A stretch of DNA of 34,407 nucleotides from Myxococcota bacterium (GTDB lineage Bacteria; Myxococcota; SpSt-1050), in contig JBMFOP010000021.1 in the NCBI GenBank assembly GCA_049969675.1, positions 1 to 34,407 of the forward strand, written 5' to 3'. This document shows positions 16,261 to 25,573 of this stretch, in pieces (position 1 is the stretch's first letter; every line of letters starts with the position of its first letter). Made by a program: the position numbers and the translations under genes. Under the pieces are notes generated by a model. It saw only the letters and a list, made by a program, of their open reading frames with translations. It did not search any database and was not told the DNA's origin.

Positions 16261-18177
16261 CTAATGGGATTGACACTTCTGAATTTCAGACCTCCCGAGA
16301 TGTTTTCTCATATTTAGTTCTGCGGCCTTTGGTGCAGATATAATGATTATATAAACATCATTGCCAATTATCTTTTCAACCTTTCCCTTATAACGGCATT
16401 CAAACTCACAATCCCACTCCACACAATCACCCCTTTTTATAGCCTCCGTCAATTTGTTAGACGAGGACGAGATATTATTTACAACCTTGGGCCTTAACTT
16501 CTGATCTACAACTGAGATATTGGCCACTGAACCGACTGTCTTCTCCACAATAAATTTTATATCTTTTTTGATTTCAAATTCAAAAATCCCCTCTTTATCT
16601 TCTACCTGTGACAGATCACCCTTAAACAGGGGTTTGAAGTTCTCCTTGAGATATGAGAATACTACAGAGCTCTTCCCTTTCATATTTACATTACAAATAC
16701 CAACCTCATATAGACGACCAGAATTATACCTATTTACCACCTCAAACTGGTCCCCAGCATAAACAAATATCCTGCATTCATCACCCGAATCATACGAACA
16801 GGAGCAGCCCGATGTGATATTCCCTTCTGATAAAAAATCTGCAAATTTGCCAGAATTTATCTTCTCTGGAGATTGCCCGAATGGAATGTATTCCGAATAT
16901 TTCACAAATCTCATCAGGAACGCAAGATTCCCAAGCAACCCCCTATAGATTCTATTTCTATCTGTCTTTGTAAATCTTTCTCTCAATAATTGAAGGCTTT
17001 TCTTCTTCGCCGGTTCTGCAAGCCTGATACAGATTGCAAATGACTTGTCTATCTCTTTTGAGAGATCATCGGAGGGGCTCTCTATTGTTGACAGGACAGA
17101 TTCACATCTCAAAACCATATCGGAAGAGATCTCTTTATCACTCAGTTTCAACCTCTCATAAATCAGCAGTATGTTCTTCAATGTCTCGTACTCCATCTCC
17201 TCATTCTTCACATCCTCTTTCAGTCGAGCGGTAATCCTGTTCTGAATATTTTTAATAAATCTTGACTTCCCAAAATGCGTGAGAAATTTATCCAGTTCAC
17301 TGAATATCCTTCTAGCCTCTACATTGCTATTCTGTGCTATATTTTGAATATTCTCAGCCCATTTGAATTCAACTATAAACATCAGACTCTTAAGAGTCTC
17401 ATCCTTTTTTAATGGCATCATCTTTGAGATTGCCTCTGCACTGCTTATTGCACTCTCATAATTTGAGACATCAATAATTGACCTCTTATAATAATTTTCA
17501 ATATTTGAGGTGAGATTCCGGGCAATCTCCAGAACATTCTCCTCATCTCCGAGATAATTTCTATTTATCTCAATGGTATTCAGGACATCTATCACTCTGT
17601 CTTTTAATGTAGAGAAGGAGGTATTATCAGATCCAAAGACTGTCTGAATCTGTTTTGTAATATCGGCTTTATATATCTCTGCGAGTTTAAATTTGATAAT
17701 TGAAATATCCAATCCCTTAATATTGGAAGAGAGATGGATGAAGTCTCTGAGTGCCTCCTTATATAATGCCTTCTCTTCATCAGTAATGGGTGAGAAGATT
17801 TTCAGGCTATGTAAAAGTTCTCTTATATCCTGTTCATCTATGCTAATTGAGATCTCACCTGCTATATCAAATGCCGTAGTCTTTATTTTTTTATTGTCCT
17901 TTAATATCTCTACCCTCTTTTCTACAATGTTTATGTTTGAATATTTTGCCTTTTTTAAAAGTGTAAGGATGTTGTCATCTGAAAAACCCATCTTCTTCAG
18001 TCTCTTCTCCATCTTTTCTATTAGATTCGCTCTCAACCCCCGTTCTGCCTCATCTTTATCATCATATACATAGAGTTTACCACTGAAATTCTCTGTTATG
18101 GTAGTTATTACCTGAGCCTGTGAACTTAAATTACCTGAGGCAAAGATAAAAAATACAAATATCAATATTCTCCTCAT
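16261..18177 (-). CDS. Hypothetical exported protein (638 aa), helical core with Cys-containing C-terminal domains
   Basis: Signal peptide MRRILIFVFFIFASGNLSSQA from ATG 18177, 1 bp after the upstream stop; long ORF in operon context. Confidence 0.7.
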   Translation of the reverse strand: MRRILIFVFFIFASGNLSSQAQVITTITENFSGKLYVYDDKDEAERGLRANLIEKMEKRLKKMGFSDDNILTLLKKAKYSNINIVEKRVEILKDNKKIKTTAFDIAGEISISIDEQDIRELLHSLKIFSPITDEEKALYKEALRDFIHLSSNIKGLDISIIKFKLAEIYKADITKQIQTVFGSDNTSFSTLKDRVIDVLNTIEINRNYLGDEENVLEIARNLTSNIENYYKRSIIDVSNYESAISSAEAISKMMPLKKDETLKSLMFIVEFKWAENIQNIAQNSNVEARRIFSELDKFLTHFGKSRFIKNIQNRITARLKEDVKNEEMEYETLKNILLIYERLKLSDKEISSDMVLRCESVLSTIESPSDDLSKEIDKSFAICIRLAEPAKKKSLQLLRERFTKTDRNRIYRGLLGNLAFLMRFVKYSEYIPFGQSPEKINSGKFADFLSEGNITSGCSCSYDSGDECRIFVYAGDQFEVVNRYNSGRLYEVGICNVNMKGKSSVVFSYLKENFKPLFKGDLSQVEDKEGIFEFEIKKDIKFIVEKTVGSVANISVVDQKLRPKVVNNISSSSNKLTEAIKRGDCVEWDCEFECRYKGKVEKIIGNDVYIIIISAPKAAELNMRKHLGRSEIQKCQSH

Positions 18178-18178
18178 T

Positions 18179-19747
18179 TTAATACCCCACCACCGAGCTT
18201 TTGATAATAGTTCCAATAAATCTCCTGATTAAGAGTATTGTCTCCTCTACCTTTGATAGGTCATATCTCGTAGGAGGCTCCTTCTTCTCCCCTAACTCTA
18301 TTGAGGCATCTACAAATTTTATATCCCTCACTCCAGTCATATCGTCTGTCGGAACCACAATCTTCATCACAGGCAGATAATTTAGATATGTACTATTTTT
18401 GGAATCCACTGCTGTATTTATGGCTATATTCTGTGCCACAGAAGATGTTATCAATATCAGCCCTATTGTCCTGATATCCAGGAGTCTCCTAAATGGGGCA
18501 AGATGCCTGTTTATAGGGACGAGATAGATGTTAATCTCGGTATCCTGATTTCTAATCTGTCCAAGCCGTCCATATCCATATTGTGAGATAGAATTATAAT
18601 CAAAGAGTTCAATCTCAGAGATAGACTTCAATATCCTGATAAATTTTTTAAATAGTGTCTTGTTGGGACAGATAATACCAATTATTGCATTTTTTATAGA
18701 GTATCTCCTTACAATATTTTCATTGAGATAGTAAGAAAGCGCCTTCCATTCATCCTCATTTAGAATCCCTGTTTCGCCAGATGAACTCTTCTGAATAATC
18801 TCACCCACCTCATCCAGATTCACCACCCTGACAACCCCGGAATCCAGTAGTGATTTGAGAGTTGTAAGAATTTCTAAATCTGTGTAAGGCAGCGCATCTA
18901 AAAGCTCCTCCAGACTCCTTGGATTTTTAAGTTCAGCAATCTCATCCTCCGCAATCGGGTGCAGCCCTGTAAGGTCTCTAACCCTGAGTCCATCTGCCAC
19001 AAATATGTTATTCCCGCTAAAGTTTTCAGAGATAAGTTTTCTGGATTCATCGAGTTGCCGCATACCCTCCATCAGAATATTATCAAGAGTACTTCTCAAA
19101 GATACCTGTTCACTCATCACATCAGGTTGAAAGATAAAATCTCCCTCTGTCATGCCAAAAAGTCTGTATATAGCCTTCTCTCCGAAGATCTTCCTGGTTT
19201 TAGCATGGATTATCTCTCCATTTCGCAGATAGATGCTCCCCTCCATCTTCTCATTTTTCAGTTTGAGCTCACCCGTCTTGCGATTTATGGCAAAGACCTG
19301 CATTAGGTCTGGAAGCGATATCTCAGAGAGTTTCCCTTCAAATGCCTTGCTGGAAGATTTCAGCATATCGGCGGTATCAATCTTGTGGAATATATTCTCA
19401 ACCATTGAGACCACAGCGTTGATATCAAAAGGCTTATTTATTTTGGTCTCAGTAAATGTTGAAAATCCAATCCTGTCAGTTGCCCTTCCAATAACTATTA
19501 TTGGGATATGCATAGTTCGTGGGTTGGACCTTACAATCTGAATAAATTTCTTATAATGAATCAGGGGCAATCCAGCGTCGTAAAACACCAGGTCTGGCAG
19601 GTGTGTAATAACGACCTCAATTGAATTTGAACCATCATATGTATAGACAACCCCATATCCCTTCTTTTTGAGGGGTTCACCAAGCGTTGTTGCCGACTCT
19701 TTATCTCTATCGGCAATGAGTATCAGTCTTGGAGGCTTATCCTTCAA
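18179..19747 (-). CDS. Atypical response regulator: REC + DUF4388 (PatA_N-like) + possible degenerate GTPase-like domain
   Basis: LILIADRD, PDLVFYD, KPF; FEGKLSEISLPDLMQVFAINRKTGEL...GEIIHA...GEKAIYRL...GDFIF...LMEGMRQLDE is DUF4388-like. TTG start after AAGGAGG overlaps the upstream stop. Confidence 0.8.
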   Translation of the reverse strand: MKDKPPRLILIADRDKESATTLGEPLKKKGYGVVYTYDGSNSIEVVITHLPDLVFYDAGLPLIHYKKFIQIVRSNPRTMHIPIIVIGRATDRIGFSTFTETKINKPFDINAVVSMVENIFHKIDTADMLKSSSKAFEGKLSEISLPDLMQVFAINRKTGELKLKNEKMEGSIYLRNGEIIHAKTRKIFGEKAIYRLFGMTEGDFIFQPDVMSEQVSLRSTLDNILMEGMRQLDESRKLISENFSGNNIFVADGLRVRDLTGLHPIAEDEIAELKNPRSLEELLDALPYTDLEILTTLKSLLDSGVVRVVNLDEVGEIIQKSSSGETGILNEDEWKALSYYLNENIVRRYSIKNAIIGIICPNKTLFKKFIRILKSISEIELFDYNSISQYGYGRLGQIRNQDTEINIYLVPINRHLAPFRRLLDIRTIGLILITSSVAQNIAINTAVDSKNSTYLNYLPVMKIVVPTDDMTGVRDIKFVDASIELGEKKEPPTRYDLSKVEETILLIRRFIGTIIKSSVVGY

Positions 19748-21699
19748 TTTGATACCTCCTTCAGTTGGACGCCAGTCATATTCACAAATCTGGTTATCAA
19801 TTCAAATATGAGATACTCATCTGAGGTGGAGAGTCCATAATATCTATCATACTCATTCTTAAACATCATTCCATAAGCACCGGCAGCCGATAATAAAAAT
19901 AGTGCGGAATATCTCTGCCACAGATCATCACCGGCTTCAACAAGGTTTATATTTTTAAACTTAAAACCATCTCTGTCCAGACTACTCACCATAAAGATCC
20001 TTGCATTGGGATTATTGTAACCCACGAGTCCCGACAGCAGGCTTGAGGCGGCAGAGGGGGATTTCCCAATAAATAATAGCCAGAGCCCTTCATTTGATAT
20101 CGCCCTGATAAGCGACGAGACCTCCCCTATTAGATAGTCAAGCTCTTTGTGATTTAAAAAAAGATGAGAATTCTGCTCAGATGTCTGCTCTATAGAAAGG
20201 AAAGGCATTGATACCTTCTCTTTGTACTCACCAAAGAAATTTACATAATCCTCATAAGAACCTATAAGATAATCAAGAATCTGATAAAAGCCCATATCTT
20301 CAAGATGATGTTTACGATATATTGATTCCCTGATTGATTTAATCTTTGAAGAACAGGTATATATCAGGCTATCATAGTCACTCCCATCAGACGGGAATGA
20401 GGCTGCACCCATTGAGACAGAGAGTGGAACATATTTATCCAGAAAATTTACAAACTGTTCTGATCTGAAATTATTTAGAGACCTGCTGATATATGAGAGT
20501 GCCCCCATATAATCTGTGTCTGGCATAACAAGTAAGAATTCGCTCTCTGAGACCCTTGCAATGACATCAGATGACCTGAGACCCTGAGAGATATTATTCA
20601 CAAGCCATTTGGAGAGATTATCATACATATCTCTGTTCATATTCAGCCTAAAATATTCAGCATTATCAATCACTATTTCAACTACAGAAAATGGTCTTTT
20701 GTATCTCCTCGCCCTATATATCTCCTTCCCTGCATAGTCAATAAAATATGCCATAGAATACAGATGGGAATCCCGCTCCCTCAAGAGAGAATATGAGGCA
20801 AATTCAAAATATCTACAATTCCTGATTGCGATGGCAGCAAATTCGGCAATAAGGGTGGCAATCCTTATATCATTTTCTAAAAATTCACCTGAAATCTTCT
20901 CAACGAGTTTTACCACCCCATACAACTCTTTGTAATAGACGAGGGGGAGAATGAGATTTCTTCTCTTATCAATCTTCTCACCAATAACCGCGCCCTCCCC
21001 ATTTGACAGCTCCGAATCCTCAATATATTTGCTACTCATAAAATGCTGACCGAGTGGGTGCTCATTGAGATTGAAGGTAAATGGATATGATTCTGTATTC
21101 ACAAGCCCCCTGTATGATTCTATCCTGAGAATATTCTTATCTTTCTTATCCGGAACCCAGATAATCGCCCCCTGCACCTTTAATACCGATACCAATGTCT
21201 CAATAATGGCATCATACAACTTATCAAGTTCGATAAAAGTCAGAAGTCTGATTATCTTATCGTAGATATGTTGAAGATTGTAACTGCCACCATCCATCAG
21301 AAGACGACCCTTCTCCTCCACATCCCTTCTTCTCTTAAAGACCTTATTTAATACATCCATCAGTTCTTCATCAGATACCGGCTTTACAAGATATTCATCA
21401 ATACCATTCTTGAGAAGGTTCAATGCAAGTCGCGCCTCATTTTTTTGAGTCAGGACTATCAATGCAATCTCTGGATTCTTCTCGTGAATTTCAAGTGAGA
21501 GAGTGGAGCCATCATAATCTGGCAGAATCACATCCACAATGGCAAGGTCAATCTTATTCTGGTAGATCTTCTCCCTTGCCTCCTGCGCACTTTTCGCCTC
21601 AACAACAAAATACCCTGCCTTTCTCAAAAGGTCTGCGGTCTTTCTTCTAAAGAGCTCATCGTCATCACATAAAAGTATATTTTCAAAACGTTCAATCAT
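19744..21699 (-). CDS. REC-GAF-degenerate GGDEF protein with an extra C-terminal domain; probable c-di-GMP receptor
   Basis: Intact receiver (LCDDD, IVDVILP, LT, KP); GAF (LILPL...YGVV.L...F..ND...AAIAI.N); RDSHLYS..YF, RARRY, RSSD-VIARV-SESEF, SVSMGAASFPSDG; TGATG coupling to dapF. Confidence 0.85.
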   Translation of the reverse strand: MIERFENILLCDDDELFRRKTADLLRKAGYFVVEAKSAQEAREKIYQNKIDLAIVDVILPDYDGSTLSLEIHEKNPEIALIVLTQKNEARLALNLLKNGIDEYLVKPVSDEELMDVLNKVFKRRRDVEEKGRLLMDGGSYNLQHIYDKIIRLLTFIELDKLYDAIIETLVSVLKVQGAIIWVPDKKDKNILRIESYRGLVNTESYPFTFNLNEHPLGQHFMSSKYIEDSELSNGEGAVIGEKIDKRRNLILPLVYYKELYGVVKLVEKISGEFLENDIRIATLIAEFAAIAIRNCRYFEFASYSLLRERDSHLYSMAYFIDYAGKEIYRARRYKRPFSVVEIVIDNAEYFRLNMNRDMYDNLSKWLVNNISQGLRSSDVIARVSESEFLLVMPDTDYMGALSYISRSLNNFRSEQFVNFLDKYVPLSVSMGAASFPSDGSDYDSLIYTCSSKIKSIRESIYRKHHLEDMGFYQILDYLIGSYEDYVNFFGEYKEKVSMPFLSIEQTSEQNSHLFLNHKELDYLIGEVSSLIRAISNEGLWLLFIGKSPSAASSLLSGLVGYNNPNARIFMVSSLDRDGFKFKNINLVEAGDDLWQRYSALFLLSAAGAYGMMFKNEYDRYYGLSTSDEYLIFELITRFVNMTGVQLKEVSN

Positions 21700-22538
21700 C
21701 AAAATTCAATCCTGAAAACCCGCCTTGCCTCTCCATTCATCAACACAATATCTCGCTCTGTATCATACTTGATATTTAAAATGCCTCCGGGCAATCTAAT
21801 CTTTAAAAAGGCATTTGCCTTCAAAAGCCCCATCTTTACACCTGCTACAGCAACCGCGCACGAGCCCGAGCCACAGGCGAGAGTAATACCTACACCCCTC
21901 TCCCAGACAAACACATCTGCCTCCTGCTTACTCTTTATTCTCACAAGTTCAACATTGGTATACCGTGGAAATAATCTATGCCTTTCAATGTATGGGCCCC
22001 ATTCAAGTATATCTTCTCCTTGATATCTTCCAAATGAGACAAAGTGAGGATTTCCCATTGATACAGCCATCCCCGCAATAACACCATGCCCTTTTTTAAT
22101 CTTTAACAGGTTGCTTGAAGAACGAACAGGGATCTTTTCAGGTAAGAGTATGGGAGAGCCCATATTCACAGTGACGGATCTTACCTCGCCATTTTTAATA
22201 ATGTAGTTACAGACCTGAATCCCACTTTTGGTCTCAACTCTTACCTCATTACCTTTATTCCCCCTTTTATATAAATCTATATAATGCTTTACTGCACACC
22301 TGATTCCGTTCCCGCACATCTCTGCTACAGACCCATCCGAATTATAAATGTGCATATAAAAATCTGCCTTATCAGATGGCAACAATGTCAATACCCCGTC
22401 TGCACCAACACCGAAATGCCTATCACAGATAAATCTGGCATCTTCCGGGCTTATAAGTCTTTTACTCTTTATTGCGTCAAATAAGACAAAATCATTTCCA
22501 AGCCCATGGTATTTGAATGCCTTACCGTATTTATCCAT
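21699..22538 (-). CDS. dapF: Diaminopimelate epimerase
   Basis: KYHGLGNDF, DRHFGVGADG, NSDGSVAEMCGNG, VSMGNPH, ERGVGITLACGSG. Confidence 0.97.
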   Translation of the reverse strand: MDKYGKAFKYHGLGNDFVLFDAIKSKRLISPEDARFICDRHFGVGADGVLTLLPSDKADFYMHIYNSDGSVAEMCGNGIRCAVKHYIDLYKRGNKGNEVRVETKSGIQVCNYIIKNGEVRSVTVNMGSPILLPEKIPVRSSSNLLKIKKGHGVIAGMAVSMGNPHFVSFGRYQGEDILEWGPYIERHRLFPRYTNVELVRIKSKQEADVFVWERGVGITLACGSGSCAVAVAGVKMGLLKANAFLKIRLPGGILNIKYDTERDIVLMNGEARRVFRIEF

Positions 22539-22542
22539 AAAA

Positions 22543-22746
22543 TTATTCCCACTTCCCTTTCTTCTTATGCCCCTCTATCTCCTTTTCTATCTCGTCAAGG
22601 TACCCCTCTGAGTCCTTAACTATGTCATTATAGAGTGCACGACAGCCATCATCATTTGCATCTTCAAGGGCACGGACTGCCTGAATCTTCAGGGCACAAA
22701 TCAGATTTTTCAGGAGTAGAAGATTATCATTAAACCTATTTATCAT
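22543..22746 (-). CDS. Small hypothetical helical protein (67 aa)
   Basis: Strong GAGGAGGAG RBS; ends 4 bp before dapF; two amphipathic helices with two Cys. Confidence 0.7.
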   Translation of the reverse strand: MINRFNDNLLLLKNLICALKIQAVRALEDANDDGCRALYNDIVKDSEGYLDEIEKEIEGHKKKGKWE

Positions 22747-22803
22747 CCGCTCCTCCTCAATGAATCAGACTTAACATCCCTTCAAATAGAAAACATCAGG
22801 AGA

Positions 22804-25143
22804 TTAATTATTAAATTTCTCCTTTATTTGAACCTCTTCATTGGGTTTAACAGTTACCTTATGGACGGCCTCTCTCCCATCGCTTCTCCTTAAAACCACA
22901 GTATGAGTCCCAGCCTTTACTTCATGCCTCTTCGCAGCAGGGGTAGAGGTACCAAGCTCTTTGCCATCAATGAATAAATATGCCCAGGGATATGAAGAGA
23001 TTATTATATATCCCACACCTGAAGAGGATGCCACCTTCTCTTCCTTCTTTGCCGCCTTTATCTCCCCCTTTTGAACTCCTGCTGTCTCTCTCTTCTCGGG
23101 AGATGACTCCAGTCTCTTCAGATCTTCATCTATGGTGATGTCCTCTTCTTTGTCAAGAGAGATGGTCTTCTTAAAGGTCTCATAAGATGCCTTTGCTATC
23201 TCTATATCAAACTTCTCACCAACTTTTCCCTCATAGGAATATGGTGTCAGACCTACCTTCTTTTTATTAATAAACACTGTTGCACCTTTGGGATTGCTAT
23301 TGATAAGGACCTTCACAATGGGCTGCTTTAATTCATATCTCAACTTCTTTGTCTCATTCTCATTAACAGTGAAGGTCTCTTCAATGCTCTTAAAACCAGA
23401 CCTTTCAATTATTAGTTTATGGTCTACAACTGCAAGTACCTTTGCATTCATCGGGGTAACACCCGACTTTATCTGACCATCAATGGTGACAGTAGCACCT
23501 GGGGGGATCGTCTCAATCTCAACCGTTCCATATACCTCTTTTTCGGGCTTGAGAATATAATTGTTTGAAAACTTCTCCTGATTCTTCAGATTGATTACCT
23601 CTTTGAGGGTAATAAACCCCTTCCTCTTTATCTCAATGGTATGTTGCCCTGATGTTATCTTTGGATTTTTATAGGGAGAGCTGGAACCTACCTTAATACC
23701 ATCAATAAATATCTCTGAATCTGGAGGTGTAAATAATAGTTCAATACTCGCCTCTCCGACCTCTTCTGTTACAGCAGATAGCTTAATTATGACTATAAGC
23801 AATACCAGCACCACAACTACACCGGCTGAAAGTAATAATAATCTTGTGTTACCCTTCTTCTTAAATTCTGCTGTCTGGGGTTTCTTGATCTCTGCCGTCA
23901 CACTGGGCTTTGCCTGAACGGGCTGCACCTTTGATGGCGGCTTCACAACTGGCTTGGTCCTCTCTTCAGTGGCAAGTTCAATCGGCTCATCTTCTGCACC
24001 CTTAAGACCTATTTCACTCCCAATGGGAGGGAGACCCGAGGTGATTTTCTGTTCTCCTCCAAATACTACTGTCTTTACATTGTCAAGTGCATCGGGGAGT
24101 GGTGGCGGAACTGACTGAGACGGTCTTGATGGAGGGCCCTTCTGTGCTACTGGCTGAACAGTAGGAGGGAGGGATGAGGCGCTCTTTTTAGATTCATCCT
24201 GAGCATTGTCCCTTGCAATATCATCTGCAAAGAGGGTCTTCATAAAGTTACCAAGGTCTTTTCTGGTAAAGAGAATCCCCTGAGATATCATAAACCTCTG
24301 TATGTCTTCAGCCATCTCAGAGGCAAACTGATATCTATCATCCGCGTCCTTTGCCAGAGCCTTTAAGATAATCTTCTCAAGTGATTCAGGTATATTCCTG
24401 TTGTATGCCGTTGGGGGCATAATCTCAACATTCCTGACCTTCTCCAGAGTGGAAAAATCACTCTCTCCCACAAAGAGCCTCTCCCCGGTCAATATTTCGT
24501 AAAAAATTATACCCAAAGAGAAGATATCAGAACGTCTATCCAGGGGGAGTCCCCTCACCTGTTCGGGAGACATATAACCAAACTTACCTTTGAGTATTCC
24601 CGCCTGAGTCTTACTCGCCTTATTTGCCGCCTTTGCAATTCCAAAGTCAATTACCTTTACATCCCCCTCGTAAGCAACCAGAATATTCTGAGGGCTAACA
24701 TCTCTATGAACAATATTCAGATCCCTCCCCATAGAGTCCTTCTTACGATGGGCATAATCAAGCCCTTCGCAAACCTGTGTAATTATATAACAGGCTACTG
24801 GAATGGGCATTATCTCTCCCCTCTTACGCAACCTCTCAAAGATTGCCCTCAGGTCTTTGCCATAGACATACTCAAGGGCAATAAAATAGGTATCCTCAAT
24901 CTTTCCGAGGTCAAATATCTGCGCTATATTTGCGTGATTGAGCTGGACAGCAATCTTTGCCTCGTCAATAAACATTGTGATAAATTCTTCGTCCTCTGCA
25001 ATATTGGGAAGAATCCTCTTTATCGCTACCAATTTTTCAAACCCCTCAACGCCGTATGCCTTGGCCTTAAAGACCTCTGCCATACCGCCAACATTTATTC
25101 TATCAAGCAAATAATATTTTCCATATGGAATTGGTTTTCTCAC
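22804..25143 (-). CDS. Membrane Ser/Thr protein kinase with Pro-rich linker, one TM helix and four PEGA domains
   Basis: GGMAEVFKA, VAIK, HRDVSPQN, DFG, GKFGYMSPEQ, DIFSLG; TM LLLLSAGVVVVLVLLIVII; four PEGA repeats. Likely GTG start at 25143 after GAGG. Confidence 0.93.
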   Translation of the reverse strand: MRKPIPYGKYYLLDRINVGGMAEVFKAKAYGVEGFEKLVAIKRILPNIAEDEEFITMFIDEAKIAVQLNHANIAQIFDLGKIEDTYFIALEYVYGKDLRAIFERLRKRGEIMPIPVACYIITQVCEGLDYAHRKKDSMGRDLNIVHRDVSPQNILVAYEGDVKVIDFGIAKAANKASKTQAGILKGKFGYMSPEQVRGLPLDRRSDIFSLGIIFYEILTGERLFVGESDFSTLEKVRNVEIMPPTAYNRNIPESLEKIILKALAKDADDRYQFASEMAEDIQRFMISQGILFTRKDLGNFMKTLFADDIARDNAQDESKKSASSLPPTVQPVAQKGPPSRPSQSVPPPLPDALDNVKTVVFGGEQKITSGLPPIGSEIGLKGAEDEPIELATEERTKPVVKPPSKVQPVQAKPSVTAEIKKPQTAEFKKKGNTRLLLLSAGVVVVLVLLIVIIKLSAVTEEVGEASIELLFTPPDSEIFIDGIKVGSSSPYKNPKITSGQHTIEIKRKGFITLKEVINLKNQEKFSNNYILKPEKEVYGTVEIETIPPGATVTIDGQIKSGVTPMNAKVLAVVDHKLIIERSGFKSIEETFTVNENETKKLRYELKQPIVKVLINSNPKGATVFINKKKVGLTPYSYEGKVGEKFDIEIAKASYETFKKTISLDKEEDITIDEDLKRLESSPEKRETAGVQKGEIKAAKKEEKVASSSGVGYIIISSYPWAYLFIDGKELGTSTPAAKRHEVKAGTHTVVLRRSDGREAVHKVTVKPNEEVQIKEKFNN

Positions 25144-25176
25144 ATCAACCTCTAATAGCAAAAATAAATCCAGATA

Positions 25177-25205
25177 TTAATATTGCATATATACAATAAT
25201 GTCAA
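25177..25205 (-). promoter_or_regulatory. Candidate sigma70 promoter of the kinase operon (TTGACA-N17-TATTAA)
   Basis: Perfect -35 at 25205-25200; imperfect -10 at 25182-25177. Confidence 0.4.
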
Positions 25206-25281
25206 TATTTTTGAATTAAAAACTGGCAGTATTCAAAAATTGTTCATAATTCCATCATATAAATTTTAAGTGAAAGGCTTG

Positions 25282-25529
25282 CATTGCTGTCCAAAACCCT
25301 CTAAATTAATAAGTTAACTATTTGAAAATTAGGATTCTGCAATTGGCAAAATAATATCGCTACAAATTGCCCTCAACAACTTAATCTCTTTGCCCCCTTA
25401 TCTGCCCTCGTCTCTTATCGTCTTATCTTAAAAAATATTTGTAGAATTTGTCTATAACCACTGCGACACACATTCATAGAAATTCAATATATTTGAGGAT
25501 TCTATTAAAATTTACTTTGGGCAGATGTG
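25282..25529 (-). mobile_element. IS4-like non-autonomous element/MITE (copy D, 248 bp)
   Basis: CATTGCTGTCCAAAA...AAGTTAACTATTTG-AAAATTAGG at 25282 matches 34277. The far end reverse-complements to CACATCTGCCCAAAGTAA. Internal AGAATTTGTC....ACTGC is also shared with 34379-34400. Confidence 0.65.
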
Positions 25530-25573
25530 TATCGTTTCCAAATATAATTTCAATCAGGATGACTGGACTATTT

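Noticed and set aside
19744..21699. Active diguanylate cyclase
   Set aside because: The GG(D/E)EF signature is replaced by SESEF.
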